From the IMG/VR virus record IMGVR_UViG_3300035698_010970, positions 1 to 64,000 of that record: 64,000 bases of DNA. The stretch is one strand, 5' to 3'. Origin of the DNA: a virus. Numbering within the stretch: position 1 is the first letter of the stretch; each line of letters begins with the position of its first letter. The translations under genes were made by a program, and so were the position numbers. Shown here piece by piece: positions 1-8,761 of this stretch. The notes beneath the pieces are model-generated. The model worked only from the letters and a program-made list of their open reading frames with translations, had not been told where the DNA came from and did not search any database.

Positions 1-282
1 ATAGTCTCCCGGGGACTCCGCGTAGTCATCCTCGAATACAAAGTCGTTTCCGGTGTTGTAGGGCGGATCGATGAAGATCATCTTCACCCTGTTTAGATGG
101 GTTTTTTGAAGCAGCTTCAATGCCTCCAAGTTGTCTCCCTCAATGTAGAGATTCTTCGTCCCATCAAAGTCTACACTCTCTTCAGGGTATGGTTTCAGCA
201 CTTTCGCAGTTGGTGCGCCTGCCTCGGCACGAGCTGCACGTTTCCCTGGCCAGTTTAGGCCATACCGTTCCTGGGAACTCAT
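1..282 (-). CDS. Type III Mod-like / N6-adenine DNA methyltransferase (5' part; runs off the left edge)
   Basis: Not in the ORF track; translated by hand: MSSQERYGLNWPGKRAA...KNLYIEGDNLEALKLLQKTHLNRVKMIFIDPPYNTGNDFVFEDDY. The YGLNWPGK, NLYIEGDNL and IDPPYNTG motifs are typical of Mod/N6_N4 MTases. ATG overlaps the dnaB stop (ATGA). Confidence 0.92.
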   Translation of the reverse strand, partial: MSSQERYGLNWPGKRAARAEAGAPTAKVLKPYPEESVDFDGTKNLYIEGDNLEALKLLQKTHLNRVKMIFIDPPYNTGNDFVFEDDYAESPGDY

Positions 283-3170
283 GATGAGAAAGCCTCGTCA
301 AGAGCGTTGCCAATATCCTCAGCCTCTTGCAGCTTCTGATCATCGCTCTTCTCTTCTCCCTCGATACCCTCAAGGTCCGTCAAGATCCGTCGACAATGCC
401 ACTCAACCCTCACGGCAAATCTCTCGAAAGGCGCAGAGTCCCGAGACTTCAAACACTGAATGTACATACGACCCTTTGCCTTCAGCTCCTCATCAAGCCA
501 TCCCGCTGTGACAATGTCCGAACTACGCTCGCAGTTATGAGAGAGTAGCGGTCCCGTCTGGTACTCGTGATCTCCGTCTACCTCGATGTCGTAAACCCTC
601 TCCGTCCGACCCGTAGGCTTCGAGGACACGACTCGGATCACCTGAAGGCGCAACACCTCTCGCAGCAAATCCGTTCTAGGGTCCTCGTGTCCGCCTTCTT
701 CCATGACACCCAAAAGCAGCTTCAGGGAACCGCGAGACACGAAACCCGTATCCCTAGCCTTCTCAACCGAGTTGTAGAAAGCCTTCTTGAGCCTTCCCTT
801 TGTGATGAGGGAATAAGGTGCGTAGTCTGCTGCTAGCGCAGCGAAGGTCTTACCCAAGGGTAGAATCTGAGTCTTCCGATTCCGTACGGGCTTAGTGTTC
901 CAGCAATTCAGGGTTTCTGCCTTGTGCGGTTCCGTGAATCCAATCTCCTCTTCAAACTGCTCGCGAGATTCAAAACCTCGCAGGCGAAGTGTCCAGCCCT
1001 TGTAGCGCTTTCCGGTAGCCTTGAGCATGCCCCATGCTGACGCCAGGTTCGTGTCGTATCCAAGAGTCTGCAGAAGGACCTGCACCTCTTGCAGGTATTC
1101 CTTCGAGGCCATCTTCAACCCAACAATGCCTTGGTTGTTGATCCACCCATCCGTGTCGAACAACCCTTGCAGGTAGCTGAGGACCATCGACTTGGGGGCT
1201 TGGAAAATGACGTCAGGCACCTTCTTACCTCTTGGGCCTGAGACATCCTCGAACCACCTTTTCAAGGGGAAACTGCTATGGATAAGGTCAAAGGAGCCTT
1301 GCCTCGAAGGGTTTTCAAGCAAATTAAGGTGCTGGCCAAACTCTTGCCGAAAGAGATCCCGAAGACGGTCTCGAATTGCGGCCTCTTTTCGATTGCCCGT
1401 GTATCCGATACCATCTCGATGGAGTTTTCCATCTCCATCATACGCACCTAGCAAGTAAGAAACTTCAGGGTTGAGCGTCTCAGGAGCGCACAGGGAAAGG
1501 CCCAGGCTTTGGCCTTTCCGAGCCACCTTACATTCCATTTTGTAGGAAGAAAGAGCCCGAAGTTTAGGTGCCTCAGTGGGGAAGGAGTGACAGCCAACGC
1601 TGAGCACGTGGTCTTGCGGGCTCAAGTCTTGAGCGCGTTTCCAAGCAATCTGCTCATTGTCTAACACCCGTACCCGGTGATTGCCCGTGACTTCGATAGA
1701 TGCTGCCGTGTTGAGCACCACTTCCCACGTCGGTCGCTCTCCTTGGTCGAAGAAGTCTAAGACGGGCTTCCATCCAGACCGGCTCCAAACTCTATCTCCT
1801 ATTTCAACTTCTTCTAATGGTTTCAAGCCTTTAGAGGTCCAAACCAAAGTGGCACCAATTGTGCACTCATTCGCGTAGCTGAGGTGCGTGAGGTTATAGC
1901 GGCCGTCTGCTTTCTCTGCGGAACGGAAACCTTCTCGTGAGATTTGGAACAGGCCAAGGATGGCCATTCCGAGTCCTCGGCGGAAGCTCATAGCGAGTCG
2001 CTTGAGGTCTCGGATTACCTCGTTGAGGTTTTCCGTGGTGTTCGACATCTTCTTGCGAGGCGACATGAGGCCCATGTGGTCGATGACCATCATTTTGAAG
2101 GGGTCGCGAGCGTATGTCAGTTCTGCTTTGGTCTTGAGGTCAGCGACGGTGAAGTCGGACTTGTCTGGATCGGCGACTTCGAGGTGGATAGCGCCATATC
2201 CGTTCGCGGGGTCGACGAAGTCCGGTTCGACGTAGTCGAAGAGGAATTTTTTCTCGTGGGGATCGAGCCTGGCGTTCTTGACCTTCTCGTAGTCTAGACC
2301 TTGGTCGTAGTGGATCATGCTCCCATCGGGAGCTTGCTTGCTGGGCTTTTGGATACCAAGCTGGATACGTACTTCACGGAACTTTTCGTGGTACGTATGC
2401 ATCGAGTGGATCATGTTGAGGCATTGGTGATAAGGCATCTCCAAGCTCAAGAAGAAAACACTGTAGCGATAGGTGATGGCTTGGTTGTAAGCCCATTGAA
2501 GTGCTAGGCTAGATTTTCCATGGCCAGTAAAGGCTGCATGGGTCCACAGCTCTGCTCTCTTAGCCCCAGCGAAGGCTTTGTCCATTTGGCTAATGCCTGA
2601 GAACTGTCCGATTCCGTGTGTTGGATCTGATTCGATCAGATCATAGTGGCTTCGGAACTCGGGAGTATCACTGATGAGGTCCCCTGTCAGCTTCGAGCCA
2701 AAGGCTGGAGCGATGAGGTCGTGGCTTTTTTCTTGGAAGAAGCGAGCGGCGTCGAAGGCACCTTTGAGGATTCGAGTCTCTCCGCGTTTCTCTTTGATCG
2801 TGTGACCTTCGGTAACGATGCGAGCCATCGTCTTGAGGTATTCGAGCAGGAGTCGAGAGCGGCGGTCTTCCACCTTCTCTTCGAGATGCCGAAGGAAGTC
2901 TCCTCGTGTTTTAGAGGGAAGGTTGATAACCGTTTCGATACGGTCAACGACTTCCATCTCTTTGAGGCGCTCGAAGTGTGAGCGCACGGTACTGATCTCT
3001 GGAACGTGCGTATGAGAGCTAAAGAAGTCTCGTACGTACTGCCAGATGAGGTTGTCTTCTTTGGTGTCGAACCCTAGGCCAGACTCTACCAGGGCAAGGT
3101 AGTTGCGTTGGAACAGTTCGACATCGTCTGCGGAGTCCGCGACGAATACAGAGCGAAGTAGTGTTTTCAT
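279..3170 (-). CDS. dnaB: DnaB-like replicative helicase containing an intein
   Basis: Walker A AFTGHGKSS, FLSLEMP (H1a), MVIDHMGL (H2), LKRLA..LFQISR (H3), CERSSD (H4), KSR arginine finger. Confidence 0.9.
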   Translation of the reverse strand: MKTLLRSVFVADSADDVELFQRNYLALVESGLGFDTKEDNLIWQYVRDFFSSHTHVPEISTVRSHFERLKEMEVVDRIETVINLPSKTRGDFLRHLEEKVEDRRSRLLLEYLKTMARIVTEGHTIKEKRGETRILKGAFDAARFFQEKSHDLIAPAFGSKLTGDLISDTPEFRSHYDLIESDPTHGIGQFSGISQMDKAFAGAKRAELWTHAAFTGHGKSSLALQWAYNQAITYRYSVFFLSLEMPYHQCLNMIHSMHTYHEKFREVRIQLGIQKPSKQAPDGSMIHYDQGLDYEKVKNARLDPHEKKFLFDYVEPDFVDPANGYGAIHLEVADPDKSDFTVADLKTKAELTYARDPFKMMVIDHMGLMSPRKKMSNTTENLNEVIRDLKRLAMSFRRGLGMAILGLFQISREGFRSAEKADGRYNLTHLSYANECTIGATLVWTSKGLKPLEEVEIGDRVWSRSGWKPVLDFFDQGERPTWEVVLNTAASIEVTGNHRVRVLDNEQIAWKRAQDLSPQDHVLSVGCHSFPTEAPKLRALSSYKMECKVARKGQSLGLSLCAPETLNPEVSYLLGAYDGDGKLHRDGIGYTGNRKEAAIRDRLRDLFRQEFGQHLNLLENPSRQGSFDLIHSSFPLKRWFEDVSGPRGKKVPDVIFQAPKSMVLSYLQGLFDTDGWINNQGIVGLKMASKEYLQEVQVLLQTLGYDTNLASAWGMLKATGKRYKGWTLRLRGFESREQFEEEIGFTEPHKAETLNCWNTKPVRNRKTQILPLGKTFAALAADYAPYSLITKGRLKKAFYNSVEKARDTGFVSRGSLKLLLGVMEEGGHEDPRTDLLREVLRLQVIRVVSSKPTGRTERVYDIEVDGDHEYQTGPLLSHNCERSSDIVTAGWLDEELKAKGRMYIQCLKSRDSAPFERFAVRVEWHCRRILTDLEGIEGEEKSDDQKLQEAEDIGNALDEAFSS
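534..1865 (-). mobile_element. Intein (444 aa) with LAGLIDADG homing endonuclease in DnaB
   Basis: Begins CTIGATLVWT, block B TGNHRV, LAGLIDADG motifs YLLGAYDGDG and YLQGLFDTDG, ends VYDIEVDGDHEY..LLSHN followed by Cys+1. Confidence 0.93.
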
Positions 3171-4249
3171 TTCTTCCCCCCTGTCCGGTCTTCCTCGTAC
3201 GTGTAGTCTATGGGGGTTGTTGTGCCGCTACCTGTAGAGAGTCGGATCTTCTTGTTTCGGACGTTGCCCGCTGCGGTGGTGGCCTGTGTTCCCGTATCGA
3301 GGATATCGTCTGGAGAGGAGTGTGCGACCATGGCTCCGGAGTTGTGTAGAACTCTGGTGAACGAATCTCTGAGTTTGGTCATGATCTCTGGGGAGTTACA
3401 GAGATGGGCAACATCGTCCACGAGATAGTTTGGTTGGTCGACAATCCACGTGGGTTTGTCGAGGAACTCTCGAATAGCGATGACTTCCATGAGGGTTTCG
3501 GGAGTCGCTGAGTTACGGGCTCGCTTCACGCCTAGGAGCAAGACCAGCAGGTCTGGGGCGTCTGCGAGATCGTGCAGGTCCATGTCTTTCGAGGCGGTTT
3601 CTGCCACGTCGACATCGAAGATCTGGATGGATTTTGCTTTGGCGGAAGCCAGCCATCCGGCCATCATTTGGGAGTCGGAGCGAACGCGGCAGAACCATCG
3701 TGGTCCCATTCGGAGGGCCACGTGACGCAGGTGAGCCTTGAATTCTTGGTCTTTAGCGGTGATCCAGACGCACTTGTCGACGAACTTCTTGAGCACGGAA
3801 GGCTTTTCGAGTCTGGGAGCCCTCATGAGGTCGACTCCGGGCCAAATCCTTCGTACGTTGCTCAGGACATCTCTAGCAAGGACGCAGCGACAACGGCGTC
3901 CGGCCAAGGGTTTGGGTTTGGGTTTGGCATTCTTGGGATTCTTGAGAGCGGCGGCATCAGGGATCTGAGATATGACATCGACCGTGATGAATCCTCGACC
4001 GTAGCAGAATTCGCAGTCGGGGTCTCCGTCGCCAGGGATGGATCTTTTGGTTGCCCCTAACTCCTTGAGGTCGCCTTTCTCTAGGAGACGCTCGAACCTC
4101 TTCTGCTTCTTGAGCACTTCCCAGCACACGTCTGGAACTTCGGCAACCTGGCCTCTCGTTAGGGTGAACGAGGGGGGAGTCTTGGTTTCCGCGGAGATCT
4201 TCGCAAACCGGATGGGGATGTCTTTCTCCCCCGTGTTCTGGATCTTCAA
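3167..4249 (-). CDS. DnaC/IstB-like helicase-loader homologue with Zn finger and degenerate ATPase motifs
   Basis: CEFC-x-G-x-G...CRC zinc site, DLLVLLLG (Walker B-like), EVIAIREFLDKPTWIV (IstB/DnaC-like C-terminal motif); directly upstream of dnaB. Confidence 0.65.
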   Translation of the reverse strand: MKIQNTGEKDIPIRFAKISAETKTPPSFTLTRGQVAEVPDVCWEVLKKQKRFERLLEKGDLKELGATKRSIPGDGDPDCEFCYGRGFITVDVISQIPDAAALKNPKNAKPKPKPLAGRRCRCVLARDVLSNVRRIWPGVDLMRAPRLEKPSVLKKFVDKCVWITAKDQEFKAHLRHVALRMGPRWFCRVRSDSQMMAGWLASAKAKSIQIFDVDVAETASKDMDLHDLADAPDLLVLLLGVKRARNSATPETLMEVIAIREFLDKPTWIVDQPNYLVDDVAHLCNSPEIMTKLRDSFTRVLHNSGAMVAHSSPDDILDTGTQATTAAGNVRNKKIRLSTGSGTTTPIDYTYEEDRTGGKK

Positions 4250-7242
4250 CGCTTCAACCTCGTTTTGGCATCGTCCTGCATCATCTTGAACAGGTTGGAT
4301 ATATCGTTCTTACTCTCAATGTCGAGGTCTTGGTCGTCCTCTCCTTTGAGTCGTTTCCCGATGACGGCTTCCACGAGCTTCATTTTGCGTTTGAGGACTC
4401 CGATGACCTTCTCGTCGATGGTATCTCGGCATGCGAGGTGGATCGCATACACACGGTCGTGCATCGATCCGATGCGGAGCATCCTGCCTAAAACTTGCAA
4501 ATAGGTGCCTGCAGACCAGGGAGAGTCATAGAAAATGATAGCCTTGGCGCTTTGGAGGTTGATGGCTTCGGAAGCGGCATCCGTGATAATGCAAACTCTT
4601 GCGGGATCCTTGGGATCATTGAACCGTTTCATGGAGACGTCTCTCTCCGTCATCTTCTCGCTCTTAAACTTGACCGTTTTAGTCTCTCCTCCGGTGATGC
4701 GGACAGCGTCAATCTTGGCCTTCTTCAAAAGGGGCATGAGAAGGTCGACCATTTTTCGGAAACGCGTGTACACGATCACGTTCTCGCTAGAAAGATCCCC
4801 TTCTTTGAGTAGCTCCATGAGGCGGTCAAGCTTATTCGAGTCCCCCTCGCACTCCACCAGCTCAGGGTGGTCTGCAATTTGCTGGCAGTAGATGAGGGCG
4901 GTTAGCGGCGTTACCTCCTTAACGTCTCCTGTCTTGTCCAGCTCAAGCAAGCCTGCGAGGGCTTCGTGATACTTGTGGTGCTGCGATTTCGAGAGCTTCA
5001 CCCGATCCGTACGGATCGTCAGTGGCGGTATGTCCTTTGCTACGGCATGCTTTGCTCGGCCCAGGAAGAAGGGATCGATGAGGCTCTTGAACTTCTCAAC
5101 CGATCCTTTCTTCGGATAGACAGGGATTGGAATCTGGCGTCCGCCTTTCCCTATCTTCTGCAGCCTCATCACGTAGTAGTCGTTGAGGAACGCATTCATG
5201 GACCCGGGGAAGGGGTTGGCGTCTGTGCCGGCCAACATCACGCAGAAGATCCCGTAGCCTTCCGTGAGGTTGTTCTTGATCAACGTAGCGGTCAGGCACC
5301 AAACCCGGCTCGCTTGGGAGGCCATGTGTTTTGCGATTTTTGCGACTTGAGTCTTCGGATTCTTGAAGGCAGAGCACTCATCGAACACGATGACTAGGTC
5401 CTTCATGGCTTGCAATTTTGCGAAGTCCTGCCTCAGAGACCCATAACCCATCACCAAGACGGTGGGGCCGGTTGCTTCCGCGAACTTCTCGTAGATCTTG
5501 TGTCGCTTTGCTGGAGTCCCTTGGACCTTGAGGATGGTCATTCCATCCGTGTGGCAGAACTTTCCAAACTCGTCGCGCCATTGCCCCACGGCGGACTTCG
5601 TGGTGACCACAAGAACCTTGGCGTCGGGCTCTTTCGACCAAACGTAGGTGAGGGCACCTATTGTTTGAATTGTGTTATGGTTGATCAGGCCGTTGCCGAC
5701 AAAGCTGTGTTCAGGATCATCAACCTCGATATCCATGACCTCGGCTTGACCTGCTTCGATATCGGTGATGGGGTCGTAAAAGTGGTGACGATCAACGATC
5801 TCTTGTAGCTCCAGGTATTCTGGCAGATGTGTGAGCCGAAAGTCTCGCAAATGGGTCATCAACTCTCGAATCTTCGAATAGGTGAGGTCTCTCCTGCCGG
5901 CAAAAACATGCTGGAGGTTGTTGCGGATCACGTCTCCAAACTGCTTAAGACCGGAGCCTTTTCGTAGGCTATTATTGCCTTTAGCCGAAGTTGCTACCTT
6001 CAAGGCTGCCCACAAGGGCCTCAACAAATGGGCCACATGAGGCACGACGTCGTGATTAGGGTTGGAGTCCTCGCTCATTGAAGAGGTCAGGACTGCGGTC
6101 TTCCGTTGCGTTACGAACCCAACTTCGTCTCGGTATTTCCGAGCATCATCCCCAAACAGAGTCAGCCTCCAGTACATCTCCCCATTTACGGGTTTCTCGG
6201 CTATCCGAGAAACCATGCCAAAGCGAAGCAAAAGCGCTTGCACATCTTGAACGAGCTTGAGGCTCTTAGAGGAATACTCGATCCCGCCTTCTAGCGCATG
6301 CCCATCGCCCTCGAATAGCCCTCGGAGAAACTGGACCACGACCTCGCGTGGGGAGCGGAAGATCGTCCAAGGCACACGCTTAGAGCCCGAAGTGACGTGC
6401 CGTGCTCCGGTAGCAGCGAGATAATCACGCAAGACAACGCTAGAGATTACGATTTCCTCATGGTTGCCATCCCATGTCAGACTTTCTTGAAGCAGTGCTC
6501 GAATATCTTGGTGAGCTTCAGGATCGAACTGAGTAATGGTGAACCCGTACTCGTTTGCCGAGTTTCCTTCCGCGACAAAGTACCCTAGGAGCCTCCCCAG
6601 CTCAGGAGTGACCGTTTTTGGGATGACGTAGCGCTTTGCGTTAGCAGCTCGCGTGTCCACGAAGGGCACGACCACTTCTTGCTCTGGCCACGTAACCTCT
6701 CTTCGCTCAACGCACAGGTAGTCTCCTACCCGAAGAGAGGGAAGACGTGTCCAACCTTCTCCCTCGGATCCTCGAACCCTCAGAGGGTGTCTGTGAGAGC
6801 CCTCAACCTCAAACCCGTAACGAGTTTTGATCCGCAACGTGGGCTTCACTCCGCCATAGTAGAAGGACTTGAGGGGGGCCCACTTCGCTCCCGTCCAGAC
6901 CTTGCACGCAACAGCTTGTGTGAAGGTGTCGGGATCGAGCTTTTGTCCTCGGTCTTCGCGGAGGTCCTCGATGGGGACCATTCCACGATCTGTGAGCACA
7001 CGGGTGTTTCCCGTAACGCATTTTCCCAATCCCGTGTCGTCACCAAGAAGGAATCTCGACATCGTATACAGATGGAGAACGCCTTGAACTTGGTAGTAGC
7101 GAAATTGGAGGGGGTGTTCTTCGCCGTCAAAGCCGATAAAGGTTTTCTTGAAGTACTTTGAAGGCTTGAGCTTGAGGTCGTCCTGCTCTCGAATCCTCTT
7201 CAGTCGAAAGTAAGCAGCTCGGGCCTTCTCGTCGAGGGGCAT
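4246..7242 (-). CDS. SNF2-family helicase containing an intein
   Basis: YQVQG, LLGDDTGLGK|T, DECS, LTATLIKNN, EAINLQ, DSPWS, QVLGRMLRIG. Start placed at ATG 7242 (MPLDEK) rather than the GTG at 7323, which lies in structured RNA sequence. Confidence 0.9.
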   Translation of the reverse strand: MPLDEKARAAYFRLKRIREQDDLKLKPSKYFKKTFIGFDGEEHPLQFRYYQVQGVLHLYTMSRFLLGDDTGLGKCVTGNTRVLTDRGMVPIEDLREDRGQKLDPDTFTQAVACKVWTGAKWAPLKSFYYGGVKPTLRIKTRYGFEVEGSHRHPLRVRGSEGEGWTRLPSLRVGDYLCVERREVTWPEQEVVVPFVDTRAANAKRYVIPKTVTPELGRLLGYFVAEGNSANEYGFTITQFDPEAHQDIRALLQESLTWDGNHEEIVISSVVLRDYLAATGARHVTSGSKRVPWTIFRSPREVVVQFLRGLFEGDGHALEGGIEYSSKSLKLVQDVQALLLRFGMVSRIAEKPVNGEMYWRLTLFGDDARKYRDEVGFVTQRKTAVLTSSMSEDSNPNHDVVPHVAHLLRPLWAALKVATSAKGNNSLRKGSGLKQFGDVIRNNLQHVFAGRRDLTYSKIRELMTHLRDFRLTHLPEYLELQEIVDRHHFYDPITDIEAGQAEVMDIEVDDPEHSFVGNGLINHNTIQTIGALTYVWSKEPDAKVLVVTTKSAVGQWRDEFGKFCHTDGMTILKVQGTPAKRHKIYEKFAEATGPTVLVMGYGSLRQDFAKLQAMKDLVIVFDECSAFKNPKTQVAKIAKHMASQASRVWCLTATLIKNNLTEGYGIFCVMLAGTDANPFPGSMNAFLNDYYVMRLQKIGKGGRQIPIPVYPKKGSVEKFKSLIDPFFLGRAKHAVAKDIPPLTIRTDRVKLSKSQHHKYHEALAGLLELDKTGDVKEVTPLTALIYCQQIADHPELVECEGDSNKLDRLMELLKEGDLSSENVIVYTRFRKMVDLLMPLLKKAKIDAVRITGGETKTVKFKSEKMTERDVSMKRFNDPKDPARVCIITDAASEAINLQSAKAIIFYDSPWSAGTYLQVLGRMLRIGSMHDRVYAIHLACRDTIDEKVIGVLKRKMKLVEAVIGKRLKGEDDQDLDIESKNDISNLFKMMQDDAKTRLKR
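5674..7020 (-). mobile_element. Intein (449 aa) with LAGLIDADG homing endonuclease in the SNF2 Walker A
   Basis: GLGK/CVTGNTRVLT...GSHRHP...LLGYFVAEG...FLRGLFEGDG...VMDIEVDDPEHSFVGNGLINHN/T. Confidence 0.93.
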
Positions 7243-7302
7243 CAAGAAGAGGTACCCCAGATTTTCGCACTTGGGCCTCTTTTTGAGAGGGGAGGGAAGG
7301 AG

Positions 7303-7431
7303 ACCACCGCCGAGGCTTCCCACTCGGAACTCCGGGGTTTGAACCCGGTATTTTTGGCTCGCTTTTTGAAGCGCTTACTCTATTACGAGCCGTTCCAGCA
7401 CTATGAAACTACTGGTTAGAACTACGGTGGC
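7303..7431 (-). ncRNA. Putative structured, tRNA-like non-coding RNA or leader
   Basis: Terminal stem GCCACCG/CGGUGGU, inner stem GGAAC/GUUCC, GGCUCG/CGAGCC stem and a perfect T-arm CCGGG-UUCAAAC-CCCGG. The 5' end lies 6 nt downstream of the CGTAGA promoter box. Confidence 0.55.
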
Positions 7432-7436
7432 AAACC

Positions 7437-7465
7437 CTCTACGCAGTCGCCGACGAAAAAAGAAC
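7437..7465 (-). promoter_or_regulatory. Repeated phage promoter-like motif, copy 1
   Basis: Minus strand GTTCTT-ttttcgtcggcgactg(16)-CGTAGAG. Confidence 0.65.
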
Positions 7466-7630
7466 TACTTGGCGATTTTTTTAACGACTTCGTACCACTT
7501 GGGGTACCGAGACCGCAGCTCGTTAGGGTTGATGTGGTAGGCGGCGAAGCAGTCGGCAAAGGCTTCCTCGGAGTTGGACTGCCCGTAAGGCAAGTTGGGG
7601 CTGTCCCAGGGGTCGATCTCGTGCTCACTC
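7465..7630 (-). pseudogene. Orphan C-terminal fragment resembling the end of a zincin-like metallopeptidase
   Basis: EEAFADCFAAYHINPNELRSRYPKWYEVVKK fits the E-x-FA-E/D..Y...P..L....P..Y tail of such proteins. No HExxH and no convincing start. Confidence 0.35.
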
Positions 7631-7870
7631 GCTAGCTTTGAGGGGTTGAGCCCCACACAGGATGCATCGCCCTGTCTTCTTGCCTTCAGAGTCGACATCG
7701 ATCGTCCACTGGTGTGGGCACGGGGCCACTGCGGCGGGTTGTACGGGCGCACGTCGCAGGAGACTCGCCTCCTCACGATGGCTCCGAGTGCACATGTCGG
7801 ACAGTATGGACTGAACTGTCTCGTTGAAGACCTGCCGCTTGTGCCCCTCGGGGCCCCAATGCCTCTTCAT
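7625..7870 (-). CDS. Small hypothetical Zn-ribbon protein
   Basis: ATGA-coupled start (MKRHWG); CPH...CILC motif. Confidence 0.55.
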   Translation of the reverse strand: MKRHWGPEGHKRQVFNETVQSILSDMCTRSHREEASLLRRAPVQPAAVAPCPHQWTIDVDSEGKKTGRCILCGAQPLKASE

Positions 7871-8100
7871 CGCCCCTCGTCTTTCGCACGCATCCGGTCG
7901 CACACGTCGGCCACCAGCTCCAGCGCGGTGGATTCCCCCACAAGCAGGTCCCTGCAGAGCTCGCCCGGGCTACCTCGGAGCCACGAACCGCGCTCGTTCA
8001 GCATCTCAAGGAATGTGATGAGCACGTCCCGGGCGGTCTCATCTGCCGGTCGCAGGCCCCCGGATCGCGCAGCGTCCACGAGTCCTCGTAGGTCGGGCAT
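7867..8100 (-). CDS. Hypothetical protein (77 aa)
   Basis: ATG start, tiles between neighbours with coupled stop/start. Confidence 0.55.
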   Translation of the reverse strand: MPDLRGLVDAARSGGLRPADETARDVLITFLEMLNERGSWLRGSPGELCRDLLVGESTALELVADVCDRMRAKDEGR

Positions 8101-8106
8101 CTCTAG

Positions 8107-8757
8107 CTATTCCATTCTGAAGGCATCAAGCGCCTGAAGCATCAAGAGCCGATTTGGGCTTGTTTCGCTGCCCTGGCTCAACCGATGTTTGAAGTACGCA
8201 GAGACCTGAGAGGAGGCGTCTTGGAGAGCGTTTCCTTTGCCGTTCTCGCGCTTGAGAACCTTGAGGTGCTTCTTGGCAGCGCCTTCAACGGCATCGATAT
8301 AGAACGACTTCTTGATCTTGGGGGCCATCTTCTGCTGCACCCACACAGCCAACGACTTGAAAGCACGCTCGACAGCATCCTCCAGCTCCAGAGGGGGGAG
8401 GTGCATCCCAGCAACGGAGCCAAGGTGACCGCCCTTGATGATCATCCACTTGGCCAGTTCCAGGCCCTTTTCGTAGCTCGCAGGCAGAGGAGACAGAGGG
8501 GGCCAAGCCCGAGGTGGTGCGATCAGAGTCGCGACCAGGTACTTCGGATCGACGTTGGCTTTTTTGGCAGCCTTGTCCAGAGCAGCTCGAAACTCTTTGC
8601 CGTGCGCCATTAGCGCTTTCTCAAAGGTCTTGGAGACATCACTTGCCGCATTGTCCAGCGCTTGCATCTTCTCTTCCCGTGAAGCACGGTCCTCTTGCCC
8701 GTTTTCGATGCCTAGAAGGCGAGAGACCCAACCTGCTACTTTGATCTGTGAAGTCAT
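8107..8757 (-). CDS. Hypothetical protein (216 aa)
   Basis: Long ORF tiling the operon. Confidence 0.7.
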   Translation of the reverse strand: MTSQIKVAGWVSRLLGIENGQEDRASREEKMQALDNAASDVSKTFEKALMAHGKEFRAALDKAAKKANVDPKYLVATLIAPPRAWPPLSPLPASYEKGLELAKWMIIKGGHLGSVAGMHLPPLELEDAVERAFKSLAVWVQQKMAPKIKKSFYIDAVEGAAKKHLKVLKRENGKGNALQDASSQVSAYFKHRLSQGSETSPNRLLMLQALDAFRME

Positions 8758-8761
8758 GAAC

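Noticed and set aside
7243-7323. N-terminal extension of the SNF2 ORF from GTG 7323
   Set aside because: It overlaps the structured RNA and is not protein-like; ATG 7242 preferred.
7325-7397. Functional tRNA-Sec or opal suppressor (CUUCAAA loop)
   Set aside because: The flanks of that loop do not pair as an anticodon stem, U8/A9 and the D-loop GG are absent, and there is no CCA. Reported only as tRNA-like.
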